Shown here piece after piece: positions 24,464-37,762 of a DNA stretch of 64,000 nt (positions are counted from its first letter, which is position 1; every line of letters starts with the position of its first letter). The stretch lies in contig OX442314.1 in the NCBI GenBank assembly GCA_949358305.1, forward strand, positions 21,328,001 to 21,392,000. Direction: 5' to 3'. Source of the DNA: Strigamia acuminata (taxonomy: Eukaryota). The position numbers and the translations under genes were made by a program. A model generated the notes under the pieces. The model saw nothing but the letters and a program-made list of their open reading frames with translations. It was not told the DNA's origin and searched no databases.

Positions 24464-27400
24464 GTTCTAAACCAAACTGATGAACCCACCGAGAAATTTT
24501 GGAGTTTAAAACAAAGCGCATTATATCTTGTTGTAGATTCAAGCTTAATTTCAAGTGGGTGTTGATTTGGCAGTGCAGCTGTTACCTCGACAGGTGCGAA
24601 ACGATGCTATAAAGAAGTGAAATCACTGGTGCGTTTTTAACTCGCTTTTACGTGCTCATGGTCTTCTTTTCAAGTTACGACCCACATGTCGATTTCGAAA
24701 AGTAATGAAAAACGGAGAGCGTAAAAGGGTTAAGCACTAAACGAATTATTGGAAAAATCATAAACGGCTGACCAAAGTTATGAATAAAGATAAGAGCTTA
24801 TATTTAATAAGGTGCGGATTACCAAGTTGTTATCGCCGGCATTAATTCCGCGAATTGACACGGGCGATATTAGAAAACTATAGTTGAATTAAATTAGGTC
24901 GCACAAAAGGGCGGTAATGATAATGGCTACGCATTTAACTGAAAATAAGCCTAGGATTAATGAAATATTCCTGTCATATTTCGAGAACTGGCCAGACACT
25001 CTGGTGCCTGTTTCTGTTCATTTTATTTACGCGTAGTCATTAATAAAATCTTCACTTTAGATGAGGTTGTTATGTAATATTTTTAGTTCAGAAATATGAA
25101 GCAATAAAACGAACACCCAACAGCTGTTCTGTGTGTAGAAACAAAATATAATTAATAATTATGTAGTATAAAATCTGCTCTTTTATCACCCAATATGTGA
25201 AGTTCAACAAATGGCAGTTTGTTGATTTGTTTATAACAGCAGATATTGGTTGCTCAGCAACTGCATACAAAGCATACATTTTTTGAAAACAAAATGCGAG
25301 TTTATTATGTCCGCCAGGCTTAAAAAGTCAAGATTGACATGGAGGTGGGGTGGACTTTAGTGTCAGCTAAGGTCAAATATTTTACTCATCAAAATTCAAT
25401 TTGTATTTGTACCCCACAGCGACATCATTTAATCAGTTATTTATGAGTTGAGTTTGATGTTTGCAAGGGAACCTTTTCTTTCCGGTAGAGATCTTGATCC
25501 CCCTGGAAGACGATATAAGGCCCCGTGATCACGTACACTTGAAAATGCTGCTGTGTGTGCTATTATAGTGACGTTACTTTGCACTGCGCTTTCGGTTGTA
25601 TAATGTTACTGCCCACTGTGCAATATTGTGTGTGGAGAACACGAGAGTGACCTCAAGGATCTTCCATCTATTATCATCTAATTTCGTAGTTCGAATCAAT
25701 TTAGCACCTGTGGCGAGATTAACTTTATTTATTCACCAATTAAAGTTGTTAATAGTACACTGCTAATAATAGGTGTGAAAAGGTGTAAAAGCATAACAAG
25801 GTGTTTTCTCTTTTGTGCAGAATCAATCTTCCATCTTTTAACATCTATATTTTTTGCAATGTATTGAATAATTCATTATTCATTAATAGATTGCTTTTGA
25901 TTGCATTGGTGGAGTGAAAAGAGTCTTATTGTGAACTTTAACTTGAGGTTATTTATTTGTAATCTATTTCTAACTTTGTGTAAGCACAAACCGAGTGGGA
26001 GGGATTTTTTTACGGGGTCATCAAAATCTTAAAAAACAACGAAGCTTTGCTTTATTCAAATCAATAATAAACTTTTGCAATATTCAGAATATTTTGACGT
26101 CCCAAGGATGAATATACATACCGGGTAAGATGCCTTTGGGACTTGTGCACTCTAGTGGATGCAAAAGCTTTCTTGATGTTTTAAAAGTTTGTTGAGTTTT
26201 CATGCACAACTGGGAGAGTGGGTAAACTGAATTTAAATCGACGGCAAGTAATTGAGTTTTTTTTTAAAATTGTCTTTATCACTTCCTGTACATCCAATCT
26301 TGTCAATCTTTTTCTTTTGGCGGATTATGATTTTCTGAACGTCACCACTAGTACATGAGATGAGCTAATTATTATGAGTTTCTACCATGACATTTATGTA
26401 TGAGCGCCATCTGGAGCACTGTGTTAATACCGTGAATAAACTCTTATGGAACCACTTCCGGTTTTCTGCTAATGCTAACACGTTGTCTCAATTCACCACA
26501 TCCACTTCAATCTTTCGATATTCATCACTAATAACGATTTATCCGTAGGCCAGAAGACGCAAAAGGCGCACAAAAGAAAGAATTCACTTTCGGAGGTGCA
26601 GAGTGCGTCTTTTGAAATTACAGAGTTTAAGCAGTTTAAAAGTACACTGTAGAATGAATGCTAGTAGGAATTGATAATAAGAAAAAATTGAAAATCTTGA
26701 CAACCATTGAAAAGCAGCAGCAAGGTTTGTTTGTTGCTGTCAGAACTTTTTAAAATTTTTCTTAAGTTTGAGTGTTTAAATTGTGCTATAGAATTTACGA
26801 CAGTTTAGGTAAAGAATAAAAAACAATAAAAGCATTCACCCATTTAAAAATGAATTAGCACACATGGATTCTTTGACTAATACGATTAAATTCTTCAATC
26901 TGCCGAATGTAGCAGCTGCTGCTGAAGTCAAACTGAAATTTTTCTAAAATTTAATCTTCCATTATCTTGAATGTCTTTTTTGTTTGTATTTTCTAAATAA
27001 ATACTGAAGTGTACGTTTATAAACTATGGGCCAGTTTGAGTTGTTTGCGTGTTAGGTTTCTCTTTTATTGCCTGACAGCTGACACTAGCTTTAAGACATT
27101 GCTGGGACGTGTTTCTTCACTTTTCTCAATGTAGATTGCAGTAAAGTGCATTACATTTTGTTGTGATGATAAAGACAGAAAAGTAATGTTTTCACTAAAC
27201 TCGGTAGTTGAAATGACTGCATATTGTATATTTATAAACCACACGTATATAATAGTGTACATACAATCTTCGAAGTGTTATTTGTCATTGAGGGATATGA
27301 CACTCAAAATATTGATTTTCAAGATTCTGAATATCTCAATTCTCAACTTGAGCAGAGATTCAGAAGGTGTGTGGGATTCCGGTGAGATTCGGCCGTTAAA

Positions 27401-27587
27401 TTCCAGCGGTTTTGTGGTATTTCAAACAATTTAAATAAATGAAAAAATCATAATCTTGTTTTTCCTGTCTTTAGGTCTTAGCATCTATACTGGCCACGTG
27501 AAACTCGCAATTTGTTAGTCTAGACAGAATGCTGATCAAACACGTTTATAAACAAATCATTTATTTAAATGTACTCAATTGTTTGTT

Positions 27588-27745
27588 TGTGTCTGCAGAA
27601 ATGTATTTCACATTTAAAAACAAATAAAATGGTTGCATGATGTTGGAGGGAGGCAATTAAGCGTGTGTGTCTACAGAAATGTATTTTACATTTAAAAATT
27701 GTAAAATAAAATGGTTTCCTGGTTTTGGACCGAGGCAATTATGAG
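27588..27745. repeat. Two-copy imperfect tandem duplication (~78-bp unit)
   Basis: TGTGTCT(G/A)CAGAAATGTATTT(C/T)ACATTTAAAAA...AAATAAAATGGTT...GAGGCAATTA occurs at 27588 and 27666. Confidence 0.8.
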
Positions 27746-28144
27746 TTTTGCCTGGTCTAGAGGAGGGCCCGGTTCTCGGAATGCTCTGTCTACAAGGAAT
27801 TCACTGAACATCAATTTTTAATACAGCTGAAGAAAAGTTTGAAGTAGCCAAGACTACCTGCTTATTTTCTATCCCTGGAGACCATAATGAGCTTATACAT
27901 GTCATCATTTTTTTGGATCTAACAAAACATCCCTGAATGTGAAAGGTAAACTGCTTGAAAGGTCATCCATCTTGCTTTAGTGACTGCTTTATGTCAATAT
28001 TCGCAGTTAATTTCTCTTCATTGCTGTGACTAGTTTTCCAAACAATTTTCAGATGAATTTTAACTTGTTATTATAAAGTTGAAAAATGTAAAAGTTAGTT
28101 TTTATACGCATACGTATTTTATTGTGAATTTTGGATTTTAGGCG

Positions 28145-28311
28145 CAGTGGCGTAGCAAGAACTCAATGGGCCCGTGTGCAATTTGGATTGATGGGCCCTT
28201 TTGCTAAGATTTTTCGCTACATTTATTCAAGAAAACACTTTATTTTTATCCTCCATGGGCCCCTTGACTCGTGGGCCCGTGTCAACTGCACCCCTGATTG
28301 CTACAGCACTG
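28145..28311. mobile_element. Short hAT-like MITE
   Basis: CAGTGGCGTAGC ... GCTACAGCACTG imperfect TIRs, four internal TGGGCCC motifs; the flanking 8-mers TTTAGGCG/TTCATGCA match only partly. Confidence 0.7.
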
Positions 28312-31300
28312 TTCATGCATCTTTTTTCTAAGCTCTGATCCGATGATGGACCGAATAGAAGTGGTCTGAAAGACCTCAGATACTAAATGCCAAAAAATTT
28401 AATTCGGTATTCGGCGTATTCGTTAAATGAAAATAACCAGGTGAAGTGAATATCAGCAGAAGTTGTTTGAATTCACACCAACAAATATTTGATTAGCTAT
28501 AGATGAAACACCAATTCAACTTTTACAGGCAGAGGCCAGTAACCTCAAGAGTTTTATGTTGTGTTTGGTCAAATTTTTATGTTTGGTTTTCTCGTCTTGC
28601 TGTCATGTGTCATTACTGTGATGTTTGGTCTGACTGGTCGTTTGACCGCTTAAAATCCTCCCCCACAGTAAAAATAACAAAACAGAAAACAATGTATTGA
28701 GGGGAGGTAATTTTACAAACATTTTCAGCAACGGGAATGTAAACTGAACAATTCGGAGGTTTCAAATATTAAATCCAATGTGTGCCTATCCCATGCTTAG
28801 CCGAACCGAAGGATACAAAGGTTTTCGCTGTTATTGCAGTGATGAATTTTAAGTGCCACGTGCTAGTCGGTTAATTTGAGTACTTAAAATAGGCAGTGGA
28901 TTGTTAGTAGTAATTCCGAAAGAACAGTCAGTTTTAAGCGATAACATGAAGCAATTAGCAAGCCGCTAACAACTCGATTGAGAAGACTATCCGAAAAGAA
29001 AGCTGGCATGGCAGAATAGCTCAGTGTACCTCCACCCACTGATGATGATCGCACGATCGTAAGACTTTTGGAAGAAAAACTACGTGTTTGTTAGATGTTT
29101 AGATGTTTTTGTGTCATCGATCAACCTTTAAGAGTAGATCAGCTGCAGGAAATCATCACTGAGCAGGTCGTCCTAGGTCGCTAATTGATTTAAACTTAAT
29201 GCAGGAAAAACATCCTGTTCGCGGTGTCAAAACTGATGTATAAAAAGAGATCCGTGCTGGCTAATACTGCAGTGATGAAATATTGAAATATGAGTGCGCT
29301 TTCTTTGTTATACGGCAAGTTCTGAAGCCTTTTCGTGGCTTTTCTTGGCTCATTTTTGCTGAAACTAATTGTGTTTTTGTTCTGTGAGAATGAATATTTT
29401 TTAATGCTTTTATAAACATGCTAAGATGGTGATTTTTAATTTTAACAAAGCTTTTGTTTCTTAAAATTAGAAATTAAAATTTCTTTTAACCTCAGGTGAT
29501 TTCAAACATTCATTTCAGAAGAATGTGGAAATTTTATTTTCTTCTGTGAAAAGTATGTTTGTTTATGAATTTTTCACTTGAAAGTTTAACCCTACTTCAG
29601 TTTACAAAAGGAAAAGATTAACTTGAGACAAGTGCATCTTGAGATTCGGTCTAAAGGGGGCAAATGACGAGTCTTGAAGAAACATCTCGACTTTAGCTTT
29701 CTTTAAAACCACAAATTGGAATTCTTTACTGGTCCATTGTAAGACGTTTCTATAGCAATGTGTTTTCCTCTTTGAAATTTACATCGCAAGTTGTGCATTC
29801 AAATAATTTGGTATTTATTTAATGAGCTTTTAACCTTTCTTTTAGTTTTGGTAATTGGGTATAACCAATCAGGGTAATAATAGGGGAATGTACGGTGATA
29901 CGGTAAGTGAATTAAATGGGCTTCAAAGGCGTGTTAAGGAGGCACGAACTTCCATCATAGGTTTGTGCCACTTGTGACCAGACAATCTATTAATAAAGGT
30001 TCGATTATTTTCAGACCGGTTGAGTTGAGTTATATCAACCAATAATGGAGTTGAATCGATGAAATTTTAGTTGGAATTACGTGTGATATATTAACTCGAT
30101 TTTTGGAATTATTAATATCAGTACAACGTTTTTAAAAATCTTCTAATAAATGAATAAGATTTTGTAAATTTCTTTTCAATTATTTTTTATTTTGTTGTTA
30201 GTTTTTGCCAGTTTTTGCCATTGTTATCACCATTTTCTTTATCTGTTGCCTTGATTGCATGCCCCATCTATTTGCTCCATCTAATTACAGCATTCCATCT
30301 TTTTTTCACGAACACTAAAAACAACAGAATACTCCAACGAGCGTTCATCTAACAAGACATTTGTCTTCTTAGATGCTCGTCGAATTCCAAATTCAACCAC
30401 AATCTCTAAAGAGATGCCGATTGCTTCAACTTGGCATTGTGCCAGGAAACAAACAAGAGTAACCGCGGTTTTACCTTCTTTTCAATAGATGGCGTTTGCC
30501 CATTAAAAAGAAAAGACAAATAATTTTTTGATTGGAACTGAAAATTTGGTATTTAGCGACACCATAAAAAATCCAAAAAAACTGATTGCCAAACAAGAAT
30601 GTAGGTCATTAAGCGACTAAGCCGAGTAAGCCATCAAAGAGGAATAAATAAGCTTTAAAAAAGAATTTTTTTTTTATTAGTGGTCTCATCTCTTCTAGAA
30701 GCTAAAAAAAACTTTTTTTTGGTTTTCCAAAAAAATTCTAACTAATCTTTTTGTGCATCTGAAATGAGTATGGTATATAAAAAATCGGCTTCACTGCTTT
30801 GCGGATGACGTCAATTTTTTCAAAGGTTTTGTGTTTATTTCAAGTTCAGAGTGAAGCCTACTTTTGCTTTGACTTTTTTGTGGCTTGATGATAAAAAGGA
30901 GAATTAAAAATGATCTATAAACCCATGCGAGGACTTTTTTAATATGTAATTAGGGTCCGTAGCACTGAAAAACAAATTATAATTAAAAAGTTTGGTTGAA
31001 AAAGCCATTTTTTTAAATTAGCGGTACTATTTTTATGACCGCTTTTCTCCTGTCAAGTTTTATTAGTGAATGCGCGAGACCATCTGTTAGATTAACTTCG
31101 CTTTAAAAATATTCATAAATTAATGTGGAACATATTGATTACGAAAAGAATTTGGATATTTGGAGGCCGGATAAATAAAATAAAATATTCAAAAGTGTTG
31201 TAATAATTAAAACTGAAATGAAATTCTGACATTCTAAGTTATTCAACTTCTTTGAAATGAAGGAAAACATTAAATAAGGTTATTTGTAATGAGATGTAAT

Positions 31301-34300
31301 GCAATAAGGATTCTGTTTAAAATTCAGGTCCATTAACTATGTAGAAATTGAAATTAAAAATTAAAGTTGGTTATAAACCGGAGGCAAGATTGTTTTAATT
31401 AGTAATTATCTATTCGAATCACAGTTTTGAGCTCAAATATAATAATTTTTTGTCATTTAAAATTAGTTTTATGCAGAAACAAACCATAAATGGGTCATGA
31501 TTTTATTAAACATTAAAATAAAATTGAATACCGGTATATAAATTTAAAAAATCAATTATCGTTAAAATTTTATGTCAAAAATCCGCAAATATAAGATATG
31601 AATGCTTTTGAAAAACAATAAAAAGCACATCAAGGATAAAGTTTTAGTGCAAAAGTTCTGAAATTCTTTTGAAACTATAAAACATTTAAATATAAATTGA
31701 AATAAAAATAAAAAATGTGGCAAACATCAATAAAATACATTTCAAAAAAATATATATTTCAAAAAAAATGATTTATTAGATTGTTTTTTTCCATAGCTCT
31801 ACGGAAAAAAATAGTTCAACAGAAATAACAATTACCGAAAATTTAAAAGAAAAAATTTAGGAATAAAAATACAGTTTTAATTATAATTAGAAAACCCGAA
31901 TCGACTATAAAGACTACGCGTACAATGTCAATCGAAAACAGAAACAAAACGAGAACAAAAAGACCATATGTCGCAGACATGAACGAAGCACTTCATGTGG
32001 AGTTTCAAGAGTCCAATTTTCTACTTTTCCCCCAAGATGAAATATATATAATAAAAATCTAATTCAGCTCGTTTTTTCGGGTGCTTTCAACACAACTTAA
32101 TTCATAGTAATTTTCTAAAAAATGCATTGAATAAATTTTTATAAATACATTATCAGATAAACGCGCTCTGAAAACAACTGCCAACTGCCATTATAGAACA
32201 CCTGGTAATCCCAACATTATTTATTACGATATGTACTCATGTAACAAACAACACGTTCATCAAAGCTCCGTAGGTATTTTTCAAATTATGTCCAAATCAT
32301 GTCAATTTATAAGCTAAAAATTGAGTATGTCCAATGCGTTGCATCATTTATGTGAATGTCAGAGTTGTTGATAAGAAAAATTGTTTTTAATTTCACCGAG
32401 GAATATTAAATATTAATAATTCAATTAATCTGCCTGAGTTTATTAACTTAGTGTTAATAATTTATAAATGTTTCAGCGTTCGACGTTCAAAAAAGCCGAA
32501 AAAAATAAGAGAATTTAGAGATTATAAAACCATTTTTCTCTCTTTTCAGCTTCACAATTTACCCCGCTTCTTTTTATCTAATCTTTGTTTACATATTAAC
32601 ATTTTACTTTGCTTCACCTTGGCATTTGTTCGGCTCAACACGAATCTACGACACATTTATTCCGAAAAAAGTTACTATTGTTTAATAAATACACACCTAT
32701 TCCACGTAATCCGTACACTTGAATTCTGGCAGAGAGCACCATTCTCATTCCCATAATCCCACACATTGCTTCCACCATCAACATGAACCACTAACACCAA
32801 ATCCCTTAAACCCCCGCTATTGAAAAGTATGACAAAACAGCTCTGTCAACTTCCTCAAACCCACATTCACCTCTTCCCACTTTTAATGTGATAATAAAAC
32901 CATCAATTATGATTAATAAAACCAGTCAACTCACTCCTACCTTCGACCGATTGACACGCACAAACTAATTGTATTGATAAATGAGTTTTTCTCTTACCTG
33001 ATTAGTTTCCACCGATGGTCCGCCACCAAAACAAGTCAAGAAAAGAAAATTGTGGAAAATAAAATTTTCGGACTTGGAAGTGTTAACGAAAAGGGGTAGA
33101 GTAAATCCAGCGCAAGGGACAGGGCAATGATGTACCCACTCTGAATGCTGCCCCCTATCGATGATTAAGTGCTACAGTAATTCTTTCATGTTGGTATTAG
33201 AAAGAGGAAGCTACTGAGTGAGGTAAGCACCTCGACTCACAACTGTGTGTGCAGCGTGTTCCTGCCACGGGTTGGAGCCAGGACGAGTCTATGTTAGTGG
33301 AAACTCATTGGTTGGTAGGTGGAAACTGTGCAAAGCTTAATGCTGAGGATATTAGTTCCGCTCTCACTGTGGCCAGGTTTGTTTTCCTTTTTAACATAGA
33401 TTAAGTTCGCGCGGTTTACGCTTGTTTGTAATGATTATGGGAATGGGAATGGTTTAATAGTGAATACAAAGGAAATGACATGTATCGATTTTTATTTATT
33501 CTGCTGGCAACTTGTTGATGTGCGTTTGAGTACACATGCGACTTGTGGCTCGTTAAAATTTACATGGAAAACGGTGAGCTGTGCTTATATTGACATGTTT
33601 TTCTACTAGTTGGCAGATTCTAATTGTAGCAAACAATTAAGTCGTGTGTGGCTGTTGGAAGTTGTTTTAGGGATCAGCTGGAGTCACAATTCCTGCTGAA
33701 AGCTAGCTTGTGATGGGACCACTTGAGTTGCAATAAAAATAAAAATAAAAATGTAAAGTCAGTTGTAAAATTTATGGTTTTTCTCGGATTTTTATTTCTT
33801 CTTAGTATTAATTTTTTTTAAAGAAAAAGCATCGGTTATCAATTATCAACTATTTTTGTTGTTAAAAGCCATTGAACGTAATTTTTGACGAAATACCATA
33901 GGTCAAGGCGGACACACCAGCTTCATTTGTGGGGAGCTTATCGAATTTAGAGAGGTATTTTGAAGGTTAGACTAGATAGTTATTAAGGAACGAGGAAAAA
34001 TAAAATACCATAGGTCAAAGCAGATGTGCAAGCAGCCATTCGAGTGAATATATTTTGGAGTTTAGCTGTCACACAAAGAGAAAACCGTCTTGTTAAAATT
34101 CACTCAAATTTCTAAGAGACACGTCTAGCTGTCTGAGGGATTTCATTCGTATTTGCAGGTGGCTCTTTGATCATAAATAAAGGATGAAAAGACAAATAAA
34201 TTTAAATATTTATAAATAAATGTTGACGCGCTCAAAATCTCATTTTAAACGTTATTGTTTTTATTTACTGGCTACAATTTTTTAATATTCTGGTATTAAA

Positions 34301-37300
34301 TTCTAATGGCCTCGTAATTTTACTTGTGCGATCTAAACTATCTCTGTGTGATACTGTCAAATACTGTCATTGGTAAGATAAATTAATGATCATTAAAATG
34401 AGGTCATGATACAAGACGTTAAACTGCACTCTAGCGGCCAAATAGTGCGATAAATTACAAGACAAAGTCAAACCCGAGGTCAAACCAAACCAAACAGACA
34501 AGAGTAATTGGAAACTACTGTCAAAAGAGTACAACACACAATAATAACAGTCAGATAAGAGCAACAAACTCGTTAGCGCGTGCAGATAACTAGCACTAAT
34601 CAGTGGTTGCCACCTTGTGCTCGCTTTCAAACTGATTAAAAGTAAAAGCCCGCATCTTCCCTGATGGCGATCGCTTCCTTTCATCAAACAACAGCTCCAC
34701 ACCTAGATGATGTTGTTATGGCAAATTTAACGCAGCTTATCTGATTATTAATTCCTTCGATGATTTTGCATGTGAAAATATTATTTCTAAGTTTAACTCT
34801 TAGCAATGTTCATTTAACACTCACTAGATGGCCAGGAGGTTGTTAGGTTGTTACTGTGGCAACGGGCAGTTCTCATCCTTACTTGAATTTATTCCATCGC
34901 GTATTTAGCGCATCATGGGAGGTGTAATAATATTGAAATTGCACTTCAGCTTGCAGCTAGATGATTACATGTGAGCTTTTGGATTGATTTATACACGATG
35001 TTAAATTTTTTTTGATGGCTTGATGTTATTTTAAGTTGAGTTTAATATGAATCTCGGCGGAGGATGAAGTATTTATATTATATTTTTAATTTTAGATTTA
35101 TTTATCGCACTTATAAACGAAGTTTAACGGGGTAAAATTTAAACTTGTGCCTATTCATCTATTAAATTTATGCTAACAAATGTTAATTGCGGTTTATTGT
35201 CGTGTATCATTTAGCTAATGAGTCACATCGTGTTTAAGGAGCTGTGAACTTGAAAAAGATCAAAATGTTGTGTTATTGTAACGGTCAACAGTGCGACGGA
35301 GGGCAAGGGTGCATGCGCAATCCACGATAATGGAATTACTCTTTTTGTGCGTGTCGGGTAGTTCTTCCAATTACAGAAATCTTAAGGGAGAAAAATTAAG
35401 TGTTTTGCAATTTTTGCTACTTTGTGCTCACTGTTTTTGTCGGCCAGCCACTTCTATTTTTATCATCGTATTTTGAAGAGAAAAGGTTCATAAAGGGAGG
35501 TGAAGAACAGTTTATTTTGTGTGGTAACATACACCATATGTTGGGAAACAAGTGAAGCCTGCACACTGTATTAGTGGTTTTGAATTTCGTTTCATTGACC
35601 GTTGAATTGTTTGTTTGCATTTTGCCATTATTATTACGTTTTTTTTAAAAAATATGGTCTGTTTTTAATGGTAGTTAATGTAAAAAATGTGCTAGTTCAT
35701 CATTTCATAAATAATTAATTAAAAGCGGCAAAGTTTTAGTAAGTTTTTACAAAGTCACAGTCTAATTACTCGTAATTTAAAACTTTTTCAATTAACTCTT
35801 AAATTTGACACGTTTGACAAATTAAAACTCGGTTAAGAAATGGGAAAGTGTGTATGTTCACGTTTGGTAAAATTATATTAACTTTCTTTTTTTTTTAATT
35901 TATGAAGATTGGAAATGAAGTGTCTATAAATACATTGCTGAATTCCAGTGGCAAACAAACTACAATTTCAGCTTCTAAATCAATAGTTATGTAAATACAA
36001 CTGGAAATAAGTTTTGTCCTTTTACATTCGCACATCAACGCACACCAATATTAAAAACATAAATAAAAATTGGAAGAAAAACAAAACCTTTGTTGTTTAA
36101 TTCTCTATTCTTTACTTGGATTGAAAATTCAAAGGTCACAAATCGGAGAAAAAAATGAATATGAGTTCTGTCAGTCAGCAAAATATTGAATTTTTTTCTG
36201 TTTCTGTTTCTCATTTCCTTTCTTTATATAAAAAATAAATAAATAAGGGTATAAATAATTGAAAAATATTTGTTTTTAGGTTTTAGGCCATTAAAAGGGT
36301 CCGGCATGAGCAGCTTCTTCGATGATAGATTAGATAAGTACTACAGCAAAAACATAATTTCACTTGTAAGCCTAAAATGTCTTAGTGAGTTGATGAGTCA
36401 TTGCAGAGAAACCACAATTTTTCCAAATACCAACAGAAGGTCCATTGGGGATTTTCCTGTTATTGATCGCCCGAAACAAGTCTTTTAATTACTTGGACAA
36501 AAAAAAACAAATTTCTTACTTCGTGTGAGGTAATGGAAGAAATAAATATGTTCGTTTTGTTAATTATTGTCTCCGTATTTAAAAAATTGCATATTACGGG
36601 TATTTTAGTTTCCTGTTTAATTAGATGTGAATTAGACAACGCTATGAAGTACAATGTTACAACTCATTAAATGTTAATTAAAATGTATATCCGCACTATG
36701 CTCATCGTCACAGATGTCAAAATAATTAAAGGTCATATGAGAAGATACGGAAACATACAATTTGTTTTAATTTCTATCAACAGTAGATTTTAAATTATTA
36801 AATATAAAAAAATATTACAAATTAATTGATTGATGAGTCGTCATGGAAATTTTAATGAAAGTCTTTAGTTGAAACAAGAATATGTATACAGGAAGTGTAT
36901 GAATCTCATTTATTAAATTTTGTTTCTTACGATTTGACAGTAAGGTATCAGTTGAATTAAGGTTTAAACTTAAGTAAAGCCATAATGTGACAAGCAACAT
37001 ACATTCTCTTGACAATTACAATTACACTCGAAAAAATGGAGGAAGATAAATGTATAAAACTATCAAATTAGACGTATTTGCAATTAGAGACGGTTTTCTC
37101 CCCGTTTCAACTTTTATTTTCGAATGAGTAGTTTATAATGAAACGTTAATTAACAAGAACAACAAGGAAGTAATTAGTTTAACGTCAACGCTGCATTAAA
37201 AATGTATATTTATATCATTAAATGATGACTGATCTAATTTTGACTGACTTGTACAATAGTTAAATTAAACACAATCAGTGTTTTGTCTGTTTCTTTTACT

Positions 37301-37447
37301 AAATTGCAGTAAAGAAGGCTCAATTTTTTTAATCGACCAGCGCAAATACAAAGATTAAAATTGCATGATGTATTGTATTGCAAAGGATGCGCGTAAATTG
37401 GGAAAACGCCCAAATGTCGATTTTTTTTGTCATTTTAAACTACAGTA

Positions 37448-37762
37448 CAGTTCGTGCCCGGTCTCTTGGCGCTAAATTCATACTGCGCATCCGATTCTGC
37501 GCAGACAATTTCCAGTTGTTATTTATCAGTATTAAGCCTAATATTAAGCCTAATTATGCTAAAATAAAGTAAATAAACAACAATATTTTGGTCATACGGT
37601 GTAAATTACTTTTAATGATGAGTTTATTATTGTTTATTTACTTTATTTTAGCATAATTAGGCTTAATATTAGGCTTAATACTGCTAAATAACAACTGGAA
37701 ATTGTCTGCGCAGAATCGGATGCGCAGTACGAATTTAGCATCAAGATACCGGGCGCGAAGTG
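37448..37762. mobile_element. Foldback MITE with ~140-bp inverted arms and TA flanks (Tc1/mariner-like)
   Basis: TA|CAGTTCGTGCCCGG...ACTGCGCATCCGATTCTGCGCAGACAATTTCCAGTTGTTATTTA... is mirrored with few mismatches up to ...CCGGGCGCGAAGTG|TA; spacer about 40 bp. Confidence 0.88.

Noticed and set aside
34355..34385. miR-8-like string AATACTGTCATTGGTAAGAT
   Set aside because: Only the seed-proximal part matches and no complementary arm is evident.
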